DNA of 64,000 nucleotides from an uncultured cyanobacterium (GCA_963744145.1 CAVUSO010000001.1:5632001-5696000); one strand, 5' to 3'. Positions 1 to 13,638 are shown, numbered from the stretch's first letter. The notes: generated by a model not told the origin, from the letters alone. Numbers and translations: made by a program.

Positions 1-81
1 CAGTGCCATACGAGGGTTGCGGAACTACCTCAAAACCTTGCGATTGCTTCGCTTCGCTCGCAATGACATACTTACGTTTAT

Positions 82-2934
82 TTATGTCCGACTACTTATT
101 TGTTTAATAGGAATTTCAATCCAAAATTCAGTTCCCACTCCAACTTGCGACAAACATTCCAGCTTACCTTTGTGTTTTTCCACGATAATTTGATAGCTAA
201 TTGATAATCCTAATCCAGTACCTGAACCGACAGGTTTAGTCGTAAAAAATGGATCAAACAGATAAGGGAGAATCTCAGACTTGATTCCTAGACCATTATC
301 TTTAATGATAATTCTTACTACCTGAGCGTTGATCATTTGGGTACTAATCCAAATTCTTGGTGAAAATTCTGGATTAGTTTTGTTAATATGATCGTGTAAC
401 GCATCGATCGCATTACTTAAAATATTCATAAATACCTGATTAAGTTGTCCTGCATAACATTCAACTTCTGGTAAATTGCTATATTCTTTAACGATCGCAA
501 TTGAGGGAAAATCTAGTTTAGCTTTTAAACGATTTTGCAAAATCATCAAAGTGCTATCAATTCCTTCGTGAATATTAACAGGTTTCATTTGCGATTCATC
601 AAGACGAGAAAAATTCCGTAAGGTTAGCACAATCTGACGAATCCGTTCAGCTCCCACTTTCATCGAAGCGAGAATTTTCGGCAAATCGATCGCGATAAAT
701 TCAAAATCAATATCAGACATTAAATCTACAATTGCTGGCTCGGGATCAGGATAATATTGTTGATAAATAGCGATTAAAGATAATAAATCTTCAATATAAC
801 TCTGAGCATGGGAAAGATTACCGTAGATAAAGTTAACCGGATTGTTAATTTCATGGGCAACACCAGCAACTAGCTGTCCCAAACTTGACATTTTCTCGCT
901 TTGAATTAGCTGTGCTTGAGCTTGTTGGAGATCCGCAACAGTTTGTTTTAATTGTTCAGTTTGTTCAGTTGCTGTCGCTGTCAGTTTTTCTTGGATTTGT
1001 AAAGACTGATAAATTTCTTTTTCCGCCTTTTTTTTGTCAGTAATATCGCGTAAAATTACTACATATTCTTGGCGATCGCGATGAGAAGATGCCGAAATCG
1101 CTACCTCAACAATCCGAGCATCTTGATCAGGTTGATTTAGATTTTGTTCACTACGTCTGGGCCAATTATCCGGCTCACCAGTCAAACCGGAAACTAATTG
1201 ATGGAGATGACGACCAATCAGATACTTAGGCTGGACTTGACAAAGTTGTTCCGTCGCTGGGTTAATTTGACAAATAACACCATTTTCGTCTAAAACCAAA
1301 ATAGCATCAAGGGCGATCATAAATAAATATTCAGCTTGTTCTCTGGCTTCCACGATCGCTGCTACTTGGGGTAAACTTGTCCAACAGGCGATCGCTACTC
1401 CGATAAAAGCCACACTAAAAATTAACACCACCAACAGATCCCCACTGGTAGTGGAATTGAGTTTAACTGAGTTGATTCCCACTAACCAGCCAATCACCAC
1501 AGTAATTGACAACAATACAATTAAAACCCCAACCTGAAGCGCCACAAAATCTTTGACTTGGACTAGCGATCGCCCGCGCTGACGTTGATGCCACCAGGAT
1601 AGGTGAAAAGGTGCCCAGGGAATCCGCCGAATCGCAACATCAGTAGTCCAAACAGCGATCGGTAATAATAGACCGATTAATAAATCTGACCAACCCCAAA
1701 CCAAACCTCCTATTAACAAAACTACTAATTCAACTAAACAAAAACATCCCGACCACCATGGCCATCTGACTTGTGGTTGACCTCGACCCAGCCAAAGTCC
1801 GAAATGAATAGTAATCATGGAGGAAAGATAGCCTGTACCAGTTACCATCACCAGACGAGAAATATCACCCCAAGTCAGACAGAGAAAACTGATCAACAGA
1901 CTAAAAATCAAACTGGGAACAAGGACACCTCGTCGTGAAACCATAGTAAAGACTGGGGCTAGATATCCATCCACCGCCAACTGATATAAAATCCGAGGAG
2001 AATTAGAAACAGCAGTAGCAGAACTAAGCAGACAGCCCGCAGTGATCAAAAATGTGACTAAAAACGAAGCTGAATTACCCCAAAAAGGTGTTGCTGCGGC
2101 TAATAGGTTTAAAAAAGTGTTGTCCCCGAGATGGGGATCAGTAGCCAACCGAATGAGTACCCAAGAACCACCGAGATATACTGGTGGAATTAGCCATGCG
2201 GCGAAACCAAGACATTGCAAAGTTCGATTTGGATTACGACTATCGGCTACAAAAGAGGAAGCTGTTTCGCATCCCAAAACTGCATAAACTGCTAGAAAAT
2301 ACCACTTTGTCCAATTGCCAAAACCCAGAGATGTTAATGTGGGTATTTCTGCCCAACTAGGAGGAAATAGTCCGGGACTAGAAGGTGCAAAAATTAGCCA
2401 GCCCATTCCTTGTAAACAAAAAATGATCAGGAAACCAATGGCTGGAATCACAAAACATAAGTGTAAAATTCCTAAAGCACGGGTGCCACTAAATGCAACT
2501 ATATAACCGATAATGGTAAAACCGATTTTCAGAATTAAATCAGGACAATAAATCCCGACAGGTTCTAAATTAGCCTGGATTAAATCAGATAAAATAATCG
2601 CGTTCATCGGTGGGACTGATACCCAACCCAACCAATAGCCGATCGCACCATAACGAGCCAGACCAGGATAATGTTTCAGTAAGCGAGCGGCATAATTAGG
2701 AGTACCACCAGCTAGATCTGGCCAATATTCACCTAAGCGTTTTACCTGCAAATTGAGGATTATACCAACAATGGTTCCTGGTAGCCAAACTAAAATTGCT
2801 CCTGCTCCCAATTCGGACTGCATTCCTGGTGCTACTCCTAGCCATAAAAGTAACCCGGATAAACCAAATCCCCATGTTTCGATCGTACTCAGGGTTCGCT
2901 GTAAATGGATTGGCTGTTCTGGATTCTGGTGCAT
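82..2934 (-). CDS. APC-family amino-acid permease fused to PAS domain and histidine kinase
   Basis: About 520 aa polytopic N-terminus with APC motifs (GGTPNY, GCETAS, PRILYQLAVDG); PAS (DAILVLDENG); H-box AHEINNP; N-box LNQVFMNILSNAIDA; G boxes DNGLG, FDPFFTTK, GTGLGL. Confidence 0.88.
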   Translation of the reverse strand: MHQNPEQPIHLQRTLSTIETWGFGLSGLLLWLGVAPGMQSELGAGAILVWLPGTIVGIILNLQVKRLGEYWPDLAGGTPNYAARLLKHYPGLARYGAIGYWLGWVSVPPMNAIILSDLIQANLEPVGIYCPDLILKIGFTIIGYIVAFSGTRALGILHLCFVIPAIGFLIIFCLQGMGWLIFAPSSPGLFPPSWAEIPTLTSLGFGNWTKWYFLAVYAVLGCETASSFVADSRNPNRTLQCLGFAAWLIPPVYLGGSWVLIRLATDPHLGDNTFLNLLAAATPFWGNSASFLVTFLITAGCLLSSATAVSNSPRILYQLAVDGYLAPVFTMVSRRGVLVPSLIFSLLISFLCLTWGDISRLVMVTGTGYLSSMITIHFGLWLGRGQPQVRWPWWSGCFCLVELVVLLIGGLVWGWSDLLIGLLLPIAVWTTDVAIRRIPWAPFHLSWWHQRQRGRSLVQVKDFVALQVGVLIVLLSITVVIGWLVGINSVKLNSTTSGDLLVVLIFSVAFIGVAIACWTSLPQVAAIVEAREQAEYLFMIALDAILVLDENGVICQINPATEQLCQVQPKYLIGRHLHQLVSGLTGEPDNWPRRSEQNLNQPDQDARIVEVAISASSHRDRQEYVVILRDITDKKKAEKEIYQSLQIQEKLTATATEQTEQLKQTVADLQQAQAQLIQSEKMSSLGQLVAGVAHEINNPVNFIYGNLSHAQSYIEDLLSLIAIYQQYYPDPEPAIVDLMSDIDFEFIAIDLPKILASMKVGAERIRQIVLTLRNFSRLDESQMKPVNIHEGIDSTLMILQNRLKAKLDFPSIAIVKEYSNLPEVECYAGQLNQVFMNILSNAIDALHDHINKTNPEFSPRIWISTQMINAQVVRIIIKDNGLGIKSEILPYLFDPFFTTKPVGSGTGLGLSISYQIIVEKHKGKLECLSQVGVGTEFWIEIPIKQISSRT

Positions 2935-3150
2935 TGTTTGAGTTTTAAACGGATAATTTGATTATCTTTAGGTTTTTTTTTAGTAATAGTTAGATTAAAT
3001 GATTTTAGCCATAATTGGACAGGCTATATGACCTTTTTTCTAATCTTTGAATTTTTTTTGTCGAAAATTTTTCTTGGTAACCGTTGATCACAGACTGTCA
3101 GACTGCCGATCAACTTTAAACACCCAGATAACTTGTGATTAAATCCCACA

Positions 3151-3242
3151 GGCGTTGCTGATTTACGGTATGAATAAATAATTTGTAGGGGCGCATGGCC
3201 ATGCGCCCCTACAGGATTTTCATACCCTGATTAAGCAACGCC
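3151..3242. mobile_element. 92-bp MITE with internal REP hairpin
   Basis: Inverted ends GGCGTTGCT...AGCAACGCC; exact 10-bp target duplication AAATCCCACA at 3141-3150 and 3243-3252; internal GTAGGGGCGCATGGCCATGCGCCCCTAC palindrome. Confidence 0.9.
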
Positions 3243-3252
3243 AAATCCCACA

Positions 3253-3752
3253 TTCCGCAGCCCAAGTATTAGTAGCAAATCTGCCAGATTCAGAATTTAC
3301 TAGAAGTAAATTATTTGGATATTCATGGGCAGCAAAAGAGCAGACTTACGGTGGAATAAAGCCAAGATGGCTAGTTGTACTCTCGTCAAGAAAGAAGGGA
3401 ATCAGATTTACGGAAGTTATCACAGAAAATTAGTAAATCTGCCACCAAACTGAACAGCGAATTGGGAAAATTATCCCAAGATAGATTTGCCTGTGAAACT
3501 GATGCAATCAAGGCATTAACTAAACTATCTAAATCCTTTAAATATCATCAAATTGAACCAAAAGAAGTCAGGGAAATCACCCCAGATAAATTAGATAAAA
3601 GTCAAAAAAAGTGTGATCAAATTCTCGGCAGTTTTACCGAGGATAAAAGCCAAATTGAGCGAGAAACTAACAGTGCAGGTAGATTCATAATTGCGACGAA
3701 CGTTTTAGCAGAAAGCGAAATTAGTAATGAAGCGATGCTGACTGAGTATAAG
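3253..3752 (+). pseudogene. IS1634-like transposase internal fragment
   Basis: Reads ..QTYGGIKPRWLVV (frameshift) SQERRESDL..FACETDA..AGRFIIATN..MLTEYK, typical of IS1634 transposases; both ends missing. Confidence 0.75.
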
Positions 3753-3869
3753 TGCAACAGACCGTCCAACAGCCAAATGGATATTTCAATGAGCTGCATT
3801 CCTCTTCAGTCCATTTAGGTGACACTTTCATTTTACCCGGTTTTTAGCTTAACCGAACCGTATTGGGTT

Positions 3870-3946
3870 CTAGAGTGCCAGTCCAGTAGAAAGTATTGAC
3901 AAGAAAACAAAGTATGTCAATCGTGATTAATGGACTGACGCTCTAG
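3870..3946. mobile_element. Small MITE
   Basis: Inverted ends CTAGAGTGCCAGTCCA / TGGACTGACGCTCTAG; adjacent orphan IS-type end TTAACCGAACCGTATTG at 3849-3865, with variants near 17273 and 37016. Confidence 0.6.
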
Positions 3947-3979
3947 TCCATCAAACTGACATTTGTTTTACAAAGCAAG

Positions 3980-4873
3980 TCAAAGAGATTCAAGGTAGCT
4001 ATAAAGACAGTTTGGCGTATCAGCATATTGAGATAAGTCAGAAATTATATTTCTTTTTGTTAAGGATAATACAACTTTTACCTTACGAGTGAAATATGGA
4101 TAATTACCCTCATTAGCTTCAGTTATCAGTTTTTGAAGGAAATTAAACAAAAATTCAATCTCAAACTTTCCTCTAAAACTTTTCTGTTGTGTGTTAGCCT
4201 TCAACTGAGATTTCTTAGCATCTAATTCCGGCTGCGAGATGACAGGTATACCAGGAAACCTTTCATATAAATCGTCAATTGTATATCTTGCGATCGCTTG
4301 GTTTAAGTCACAATAGACAAAATTAAATACGCTCAAATTTGAAATATTAAGTTTACTAGACTTATCTCGGTGACAGGCGATCCAAGCATTCAATAACTCA
4401 ACGGCATTATGAAATTCTTCTGGTCGTTTTGTATAAAGAGAAATACATCTTTCAAAATTTTCATCTGATTCTGTTAGGTTAAATTCATTTTTTAAAATTT
4501 CAGAAAAGCCCTCAACTGATGTATAAAAATTTTCTACTGAGTAACAAGGAGTTTCATATATTTTAATGATGCCCTTGTTATAAATTGATTCATCAAAATC
4601 TCTATCCACAAAATAAGCTATTCTAGCATTTACATAATGCTGACGTGATGAGAGCATTCTATAAATTCCTAGCACTCCATCTTTACCGCTGCAATCGAGA
4701 TATATATCTTTTTCCGCTCTCGTAATATTCTTTATTCTGATTCCATAATACTTACTATCTTCTCCTTCAAAAAAGCAGTAAAGTGCCGATTCATACTGCT
4801 TATATAACCTAGTAAATTCCGTAAACACAATAACAGCTTGATCACGAGAAGCCCTCAACTTATCTACTGACAT
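3980..4873 (-). CDS. DUF4435 TOPRIM-like nuclease (PARIS AriB-like)
   Basis: FFEGEDS (catalytic E), VDRDFD (DxD), YSVENF and FRGKFE motifs; ATG abuts the stop of the upstream ABC-ATPase gene. Confidence 0.8.
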   Translation of the reverse strand: MSVDKLRASRDQAVIVFTEFTRLYKQYESALYCFFEGEDSKYYGIRIKNITRAEKDIYLDCSGKDGVLGIYRMLSSRQHYVNARIAYFVDRDFDESIYNKGIIKIYETPCYSVENFYTSVEGFSEILKNEFNLTESDENFERCISLYTKRPEEFHNAVELLNAWIACHRDKSSKLNISNLSVFNFVYCDLNQAIARYTIDDLYERFPGIPVISQPELDAKKSQLKANTQQKSFRGKFEIEFLFNFLQKLITEANEGNYPYFTRKVKVVLSLTKRNIISDLSQYADTPNCLYSYLESL

Positions 4874-5950
4874 TTATCCCTCTCGCACAAAAATATCCAG
4901 ATCGTTAGCATTCAAATCCAAATCGTTATCAAAGATAAATGGGGAATGAGTGACGGCTAAAAGCAGTTTACACTTTCCTGATTTCAAAATATCAGGGAGT
5001 AAAAGCCTTTGCCATTCAATGGAAAGTGATAATTCTGGCTCATCAAATAAAAGAATAAATTCCTGATACCAATTAACTATGAAATTGCACTTAATCTGAG
5101 GTTGATCTGTTAGGCCAGGGCAGGTTTATAATGGTGATCTGTTGGTGGCAAAATTGACTGGTGAACCTGCCCCTACCAATTTTATCCTCAATTTGCGGAT
5201 TTCTGTAGTAGGGGCGGGTTCGCCCAGATTTTTGAAATTTACCAATTAATTAGAAAAACCCGCCCGGGTTCACCGAGATGTTTGACATTTACCTACTAAT
5301 CATCAAAACCCACCCTCACCCACAGATCAATATACATCAATGTATCTTCATGGTGAATTGGTATGAGATGATTCCAAATAAATACTTGAAAAAAGTGATA
5401 TTATTTGCTTCTCGCCAGATGAGAGATTTCTCAAGTCAATTGTACTATTATTTCTAGTTTGAATTATGGATATATCTACGTTGGCTTCATCATAAATAAT
5501 GTGCTTCTTGTCCAAATATCCATTGCATATTTTAGCAAATTGGTTGATTGAGTTATCTTTCTCCTTTTGCTGTTCATATAAGCCAACCAGTTTCGATAGA
5601 AAATATACTAGTTGATCATTTTGAGGATCATTTATTTTTCCAGAATTCACTAATTCTTCGATCTTTTTCCTGTCAGATTTCGATATATTATTTTCACCAA
5701 CACGACTCAAAACTATATTCAGCGTTTCAGGCTGAATACTATCTCTCATCTCCTGGGTAATTTTAATGCCCTCAATAAATTGAGTTAATATTTCACCCGT
5801 AACCTTTGAAAAAAGATTAAGAGCTGAGTTTTTAATAGCAGTTTTAATATGATCAAGCTTGCCGATAACATCATCCATGCCAAATTGAATAAGTTTACCT
5901 TCTCCATCACCAAAACTGAAACGATCAAATTTATCTTCTTCATAACCCAA
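4874..5950 (-). pseudogene. ABC/AAA_21 ATPase (PARIS AriA-like), 5'-truncated and MITE-interrupted
   Basis: LSSGEKQ signature in 5348-5950; Walker B/D-loop FDEPELSL and H-loop VTHSP in 4874-5063; no Walker A upstream; removing the MITE restores YLESSQEFILLFDEPE in frame. Confidence 0.85.
5067..5363. mobile_element. 297-bp REP-containing MITE
   Basis: Imperfect inverted ends TACCAATTAACTATGAA / TTCATGGTGAATTGGTA; 3-bp duplication TGA (5064-5066, 5364-5366); internal GGGCAGGTT..AACCTGCCC and GTAGGGGCGGGTT..AACCCGCCC hairpins. Confidence 0.88.
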
Positions 5951-6079
5951 ATAACTATAAATTCCAGTAGCTAGTGATTAAGATAACCCCAAAATAGACA
6001 AAAGGTATATGGTCGAGGATTTGCCGTTGCACCATCCATTAATGACAAATGAACCAAAACCTTAACTTGTCACTAGTCC

Positions 6080-6111
6080 AAAAAGGGTGGATTTCTAGTT
6101 CCACCCTTTTT
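6080..6111 (-). terminator. Intrinsic terminator downstream of apcE (possibly bidirectional)
   Basis: AAAAAGGGTGGA..TCCACCCTTTTT hairpin with A/T tails. Confidence 0.75.
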
Positions 6112-6170
6112 GTTAAACACCTAAGTTAGAAACCAATTGGTTAACATCCTACAAGTTGCCTAAAAACAAC

Positions 6171-8894
<2,724 letters not shown>

Positions 8895-9319
8895 TCAAAA
8901 GCTCCTTTCAAAATAACGACTGAATTAAACTTGGCCAGAGAACTCCTAGGCAACTGTCTGGAAACAATCCACCCAGTTTCTAAGATTAGAACTTTTTGGC
9001 TCGTGACATTGGTTTATTAAGAATTGTTTAGAGCCTAGCGTAATAGTTCACGGTGAGATCATAGTGGATTGCGGTATCCAATCTGAGAAAAAAGATAAGT
9101 TTTGTTACCTAAAGCGTTGCTATTTTCATTATAATTCATCTAGTTTGCATAAAAATAATAAAATTTTTGTTGGTAGTAAGGGCTTTAGCCCTCGGATGAG
9201 ATGATTTAATCAGGGACTTCAGTCCCTACTACAAACAAGATTTTTGCCCTTGTCTATTGTGATTAATTACTTGATCTATTTTCGTTGCAAATTAAATGTC
9301 TGAATATTTTTAATAAACC

Positions 9320-11806
9320 GTGGAAGATCGGGCGATCAAAAACCAGATGCGTCATCCTAATTCAGCGTCAATTAGCGTAAAAGGTAAATTTTTGTATCAA
9401 GGAGAAGAAAAATTTTTCCTCAAAGGGATTAGTTATGGTTCCTTTGCTCCTAATGGTCGGGGAGAATATTTTCCCGAACCATCCATGGTTGTTCAAGATT
9501 TGGTCTTGCTCCAAAAACTAGGGGCAAATTGTTTACGAGTTTATACCGTCCCACCCTTATGGTTATTAGATTTGCTGTGGGAATATGGTCTGAGGGTGTT
9601 GATTGGGATTCCTTGGGCTGAAAATATCTGTTTTCTTGACTCTCCGGTTCTGAAACAGCAAATTTGCACTACCATTGCTAATGCAGTAAAGAAAAGCTCT
9701 GGTCATCCAGCGGTATGTGGTTATCTAGTCGGAAATGAAATTTCCCCAGATATTATCCGTTGGTATGGTTCCAAACGAGTTGGTCAGTTTCTGGGTCAAT
9801 TAGTTAAGATCGTTAAATCTATTGCTCCCCGAACGTTAGTCAGTTATGCTAATTTCCCCTCAACTGAATATTTACAAGTAGATTTTATTGATTTTTTGGC
9901 TTTTAATGTTTATTTACAAACACCTGTTGCTTACCACGATTATTTATCCCGGTTGTTAAATCTTGCTCAAGATCAACCTCTGGTGTTAACTGAGTTAGGA
10001 TTAGATTCCCTCAGACATGGAAATGAGTCTCAAGCACAATTACTCCGTACCCAATTACAAGATAGTTGGGAAATGGGTGTGGCTGGTACGGTAGTATTTA
10101 GTTGGACTGATGAATGGTTTAAAGATGGATTACCGATCGCTGATTGGCACTTTGGCTTAGTTGATCGCGATCGCCATCAAAAATTAGCTTTTGCAACTGT
10201 TCAAGATTATTATCAAGGTACTTTACCCCCTCCTCTGCTTGATTATCCCTTAGTTTCTGTGATTATTTGTGCTTATAATGCTGAAGCAACGATTAAAGAT
10301 TGTTTGCGATCTTTAACCAAATTAAATTATCCTAATTATGAAATAATTGTGGTTAATGATGGTAGTCGCGATCGCACTGGGGAAATTGCCAAAGAATTTA
10401 ATAATATTATTTTAATTAACCAAAAAAATCAAGGATTAGCTACAGCTCGAAATGTGGGAATCGCGATCGCAAAAGGTGAAATTATCGCTTTTACTGATTC
10501 TGATTGTATGGTTGACCCCGATTGGTTAACTTATTTAATTGCTAAGTTTATTAATACTGGTTTAGTTGCAATTGGTGGAGTAAATCTACCACCTCTAAAT
10601 GATCAGATTAATTCTATACCTGCTTGTGTCGCAGTATCTCCGGGTAGACCAACCCATGTATTATTAAATGATCAAATTGCGGAACATATTCCTGGTTGTA
10701 ATATGGCATTTCGTCGGGAAGCATTACAAGCAATTGGTGGTTTTGATCCTCAATTTCATGCAGCTGGAGATGATGTTGATATTTGTTGGAGGTTACAAGA
10801 TCAGGGTGAACAAATTGGTTTTGCTCCTGGTGCGTTAGTATGGCATTTTTGTCGAAATACGGTCGGTGCTTATTTAAAACAGCAACGTGGTTATGGTAAA
10901 GCTGAAGCTTTTTTGTTTTTTAAACATCCCCAGCGTTTTAATAGTTTTGGACAAATTAGTTGGTTAGGTAAAATTTATAGTCATACTCCTGTAAAACTTT
11001 CCCTAGGGAAACCTCTGATCTATTTTGGTACTTTTGCGCGGATTTATGAAAATTCTGCCATCGGTTTTTCCTATTTATTATTTTCCTTAGAATGGAATTT
11101 CATTGGAAACGTTTGGTTGGTTTATATGTTGCTACTTGGTCGTGAGCAATGGATCGGATTATTACCATTATTACTTACGTTTGGATGCTGTTTAATTACA
11201 GCAATTAGCGATCCGCGTCGTTTATTGATAGTAGCTGGTTTGAGTTATTTAGGGATTCTTTGTCGTAGTTTTGAACGCGATCGCTGGTTAATTAACCAAC
11301 TTTATGCTGCGAAAACTATACCAGTACCGTGGTTATTTTGGCTGAGAGGAAGTGGCAAAATTAACCGGAAAATGGCTTTTTGGACGAAATCAGGATTAGA
11401 AAAAGAAAAATTTATTAACATCTTACGCACCGAAATGTACCAGCGTCAATATATTCTAGTTGGGGAACATAATTGGGATGATTGGGATCTAGAAATTTAT
11501 TGGGGAATTTGGTCTCAAATGCAAATTCAGGTCTGTATGGAAAATCACGGAGAATCTCAGAGACTGTTTCGAGTCCGGATCAATTTGAAAATACCACAAT
11601 TAACCGCGATCGCGCTTTCTGGAGCTATGGGTTTGGCGATCGCTAGTATGATTTTAGGTAATTTTTATCTAGGAATGGCAATAATATTTATATTGGGAGT
11701 AACTTTAACTTATATCCTGTTGACCCATAGATATTTGAGAATGATGATAGTACAAATATGTCAAGGAGTTGCCGAAAAATTAGAATTAACTACATTGAGT
11801 TACTAA
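9320..11806 (+). CDS. GH2-like TIM barrel fused to GT2 glycosyltransferase, membrane C-terminus
   Basis: VGNEI and LTELG clan-A Glu motifs; GT2 motifs VIICAYN, VVNDGS, FTDSD, GDDVD; C-terminal TM helices; start may be ATG 9347. Confidence 0.82.
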   Translation: MEDRAIKNQMRHPNSASISVKGKFLYQGEEKFFLKGISYGSFAPNGRGEYFPEPSMVVQDLVLLQKLGANCLRVYTVPPLWLLDLLWEYGLRVLIGIPWAENICFLDSPVLKQQICTTIANAVKKSSGHPAVCGYLVGNEISPDIIRWYGSKRVGQFLGQLVKIVKSIAPRTLVSYANFPSTEYLQVDFIDFLAFNVYLQTPVAYHDYLSRLLNLAQDQPLVLTELGLDSLRHGNESQAQLLRTQLQDSWEMGVAGTVVFSWTDEWFKDGLPIADWHFGLVDRDRHQKLAFATVQDYYQGTLPPPLLDYPLVSVIICAYNAEATIKDCLRSLTKLNYPNYEIIVVNDGSRDRTGEIAKEFNNIILINQKNQGLATARNVGIAIAKGEIIAFTDSDCMVDPDWLTYLIAKFINTGLVAIGGVNLPPLNDQINSIPACVAVSPGRPTHVLLNDQIAEHIPGCNMAFRREALQAIGGFDPQFHAAGDDVDICWRLQDQGEQIGFAPGALVWHFCRNTVGAYLKQQRGYGKAEAFLFFKHPQRFNSFGQISWLGKIYSHTPVKLSLGKPLIYFGTFARIYENSAIGFSYLLFSLEWNFIGNVWLVYMLLLGREQWIGLLPLLLTFGCCLITAISDPRRLLIVAGLSYLGILCRSFERDRWLINQLYAAKTIPVPWLFWLRGSGKINRKMAFWTKSGLEKEKFINILRTEMYQRQYILVGEHNWDDWDLEIYWGIWSQMQIQVCMENHGESQRLFRVRINLKIPQLTAIALSGAMGLAIASMILGNFYLGMAIIFILGVTLTYILLTHRYLRMMIVQICQGVAEKLELTTLSY

Positions 11807-11818
11807 TTTTGCATCAGC

Positions 11819-13564
11819 ATGATTTTATCTTATTTTTGGCGATATCGTGGACAATTTTTTTGGATCTTAGGCAATATTATTTTATTAAATGGGTGCGAAT
11901 TACTTAAACCTTGGCCCATGAAGGTAATTATTGATCATATTTTAGGTGGAAAAGTATTAGATTGGGATTTAGTAAATAATTGGTCAACTCAAAATATCCT
12001 GAGCGGTGCTTGTGTGGGATTAGTGTTAATTAATATTATTTCAGGGTTATTATCACTATTATACAATTATCTGACAATTCGGTTAGGTCAAAAAATGGTA
12101 AATGAATTGCGATCGCAACTCTTTCACCATTTACAACATCTTTCTTTAGCAATGCACAATCATTGGTCAATTGGAGATTTAATTTATCGAGTTACTAGCG
12201 ATACCTATACAATTCAAACCCTCACCATGAATAGTTTTCTCCGGATTTTTTCCTCGATCCTATTAGCGATCGGAGTGGTAATAATCATGGTAAGTTTAGA
12301 TCAACAATTAACCTTATTAGCATTAGGAGTTTGTCCAGTATTATTATTTACTGTTTCCTTACTAAAAGAAAAAATTAGAATTGCGGCTCAATATTCTCGT
12401 CAACAAGAAAGTGCAGTTTATTCATTAGTCCAGTTAAATCTATCAGCAATTCCAGTAATTCAAGCATTTACTAAAGAAACAGAAGAACATCAAAGGTTTA
12501 TTTCTGCTAGTCAGAAAAGCTTAGATGCTAGTTTAAGACTATATATCCTCCAAACAATTTATGGAGGAGCGAGTAGTAGTGCGATCGCATTTTCCACAGC
12601 TATTATTATCTGGATCGGGACAAATCACGTTTTAGCTGGGATACTAACGATCGGACAAATGATTGTATTTATTACCTATCTTAGTTTCTTTTATAGCAGA
12701 ATTAATAATATTACGCAAACTTGGGCAACAATTCAAAGTGCCCAAGTAGGAATCAAGCGAGTTTTAGAAATTTTAGAGTTAAAACCAGAAATTCAAGAAG
12801 GTAGTAAAGTTTTTCCCCTAGTTGGTGCTAAAGGAGAAATAGTTTGGGAAGGAGTTAATTTTTCTTATCATCCTGAGCAAACCGTACTGAAAAAAATTAA
12901 CTTGTGTGTCAAACCAGGGGAAAAAGTCGCGATCGTTGGACCGACAGGAGCTGGGAAATCTACTTTAGTGAGTTTATTAGTTCGCTTTTACGATCCCCAA
13001 TCGGGCAAAATCACTATTGATGGAATTAATCTAAAAGATTTACAAATTAAATCTTTGCGACAACAGATTGCGATCGTACTACAACCTCCGCTAATTTTTC
13101 CCATTACCATTCGAGAAAATATTGCCTATAGTCGTACTGATGCTAATTTAGATGATATCATTCAGGCGGCAAAGTTAGCTTGTATCCATGAAGCGATCAT
13201 GAAACTACCCCAGGGATATGATACCTTAATCGGAGCCAGAGGTACAACTTTATCAGAAGGAGAAAAACAACGTTTAACGATCGCAAGAGCAATTTTACGC
13301 AATGCACCAATTTTAATTTTAGATGAACCAACTTCTTCAGTAGACGCATTAACCGAAACTTTAATTATGACAGGATTAGAAAAATTAAAGAACCGACCTA
13401 CTACTTTAATTATCGCGCACCGACTTTCCACAGTGCAGAATGCCGATCGAATTATTGTCATGGAAAATGGACAAATCGTCGAAGAAGGAAACTTTAGTAA
13501 ATTAATTGAGAAAAAAGAAGCTTTTTATCAACTTTATCACAGACAATTACAGGAAAAGCAATAA
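11819..13564 (+). CDS. ABC exporter (TMD + NBD half transporter)
   Basis: TM region; Walker A GPTGAGKST; signature LSEGEKQR; Walker B ILDEPTS; AHR. Confidence 0.93.
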   Translation: MILSYFWRYRGQFFWILGNIILLNGCELLKPWPMKVIIDHILGGKVLDWDLVNNWSTQNILSGACVGLVLINIISGLLSLLYNYLTIRLGQKMVNELRSQLFHHLQHLSLAMHNHWSIGDLIYRVTSDTYTIQTLTMNSFLRIFSSILLAIGVVIIMVSLDQQLTLLALGVCPVLLFTVSLLKEKIRIAAQYSRQQESAVYSLVQLNLSAIPVIQAFTKETEEHQRFISASQKSLDASLRLYILQTIYGGASSSAIAFSTAIIIWIGTNHVLAGILTIGQMIVFITYLSFFYSRINNITQTWATIQSAQVGIKRVLEILELKPEIQEGSKVFPLVGAKGEIVWEGVNFSYHPEQTVLKKINLCVKPGEKVAIVGPTGAGKSTLVSLLVRFYDPQSGKITIDGINLKDLQIKSLRQQIAIVLQPPLIFPITIRENIAYSRTDANLDDIIQAAKLACIHEAIMKLPQGYDTLIGARGTTLSEGEKQRLTIARAILRNAPILILDEPTSSVDALTETLIMTGLEKLKNRPTTLIIAHRLSTVQNADRIIVMENGQIVEEGNFSKLIEKKEAFYQLYHRQLQEKQ

Positions 13565-13610
13565 TAAGTAATTCGACAAAATTAATTACAAAAATAACAT
13601 AATGTGTTTA

Positions 13611-13638
13611 GTAGGGGCGTATTGCAATACGCCCCTAC
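13611..13638. repeat. REP-like palindrome
   Basis: GTAGGGGCGTATTGCAATACGCCCCTAC; near-identical copy at about 28148-28169. Confidence 0.8.
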
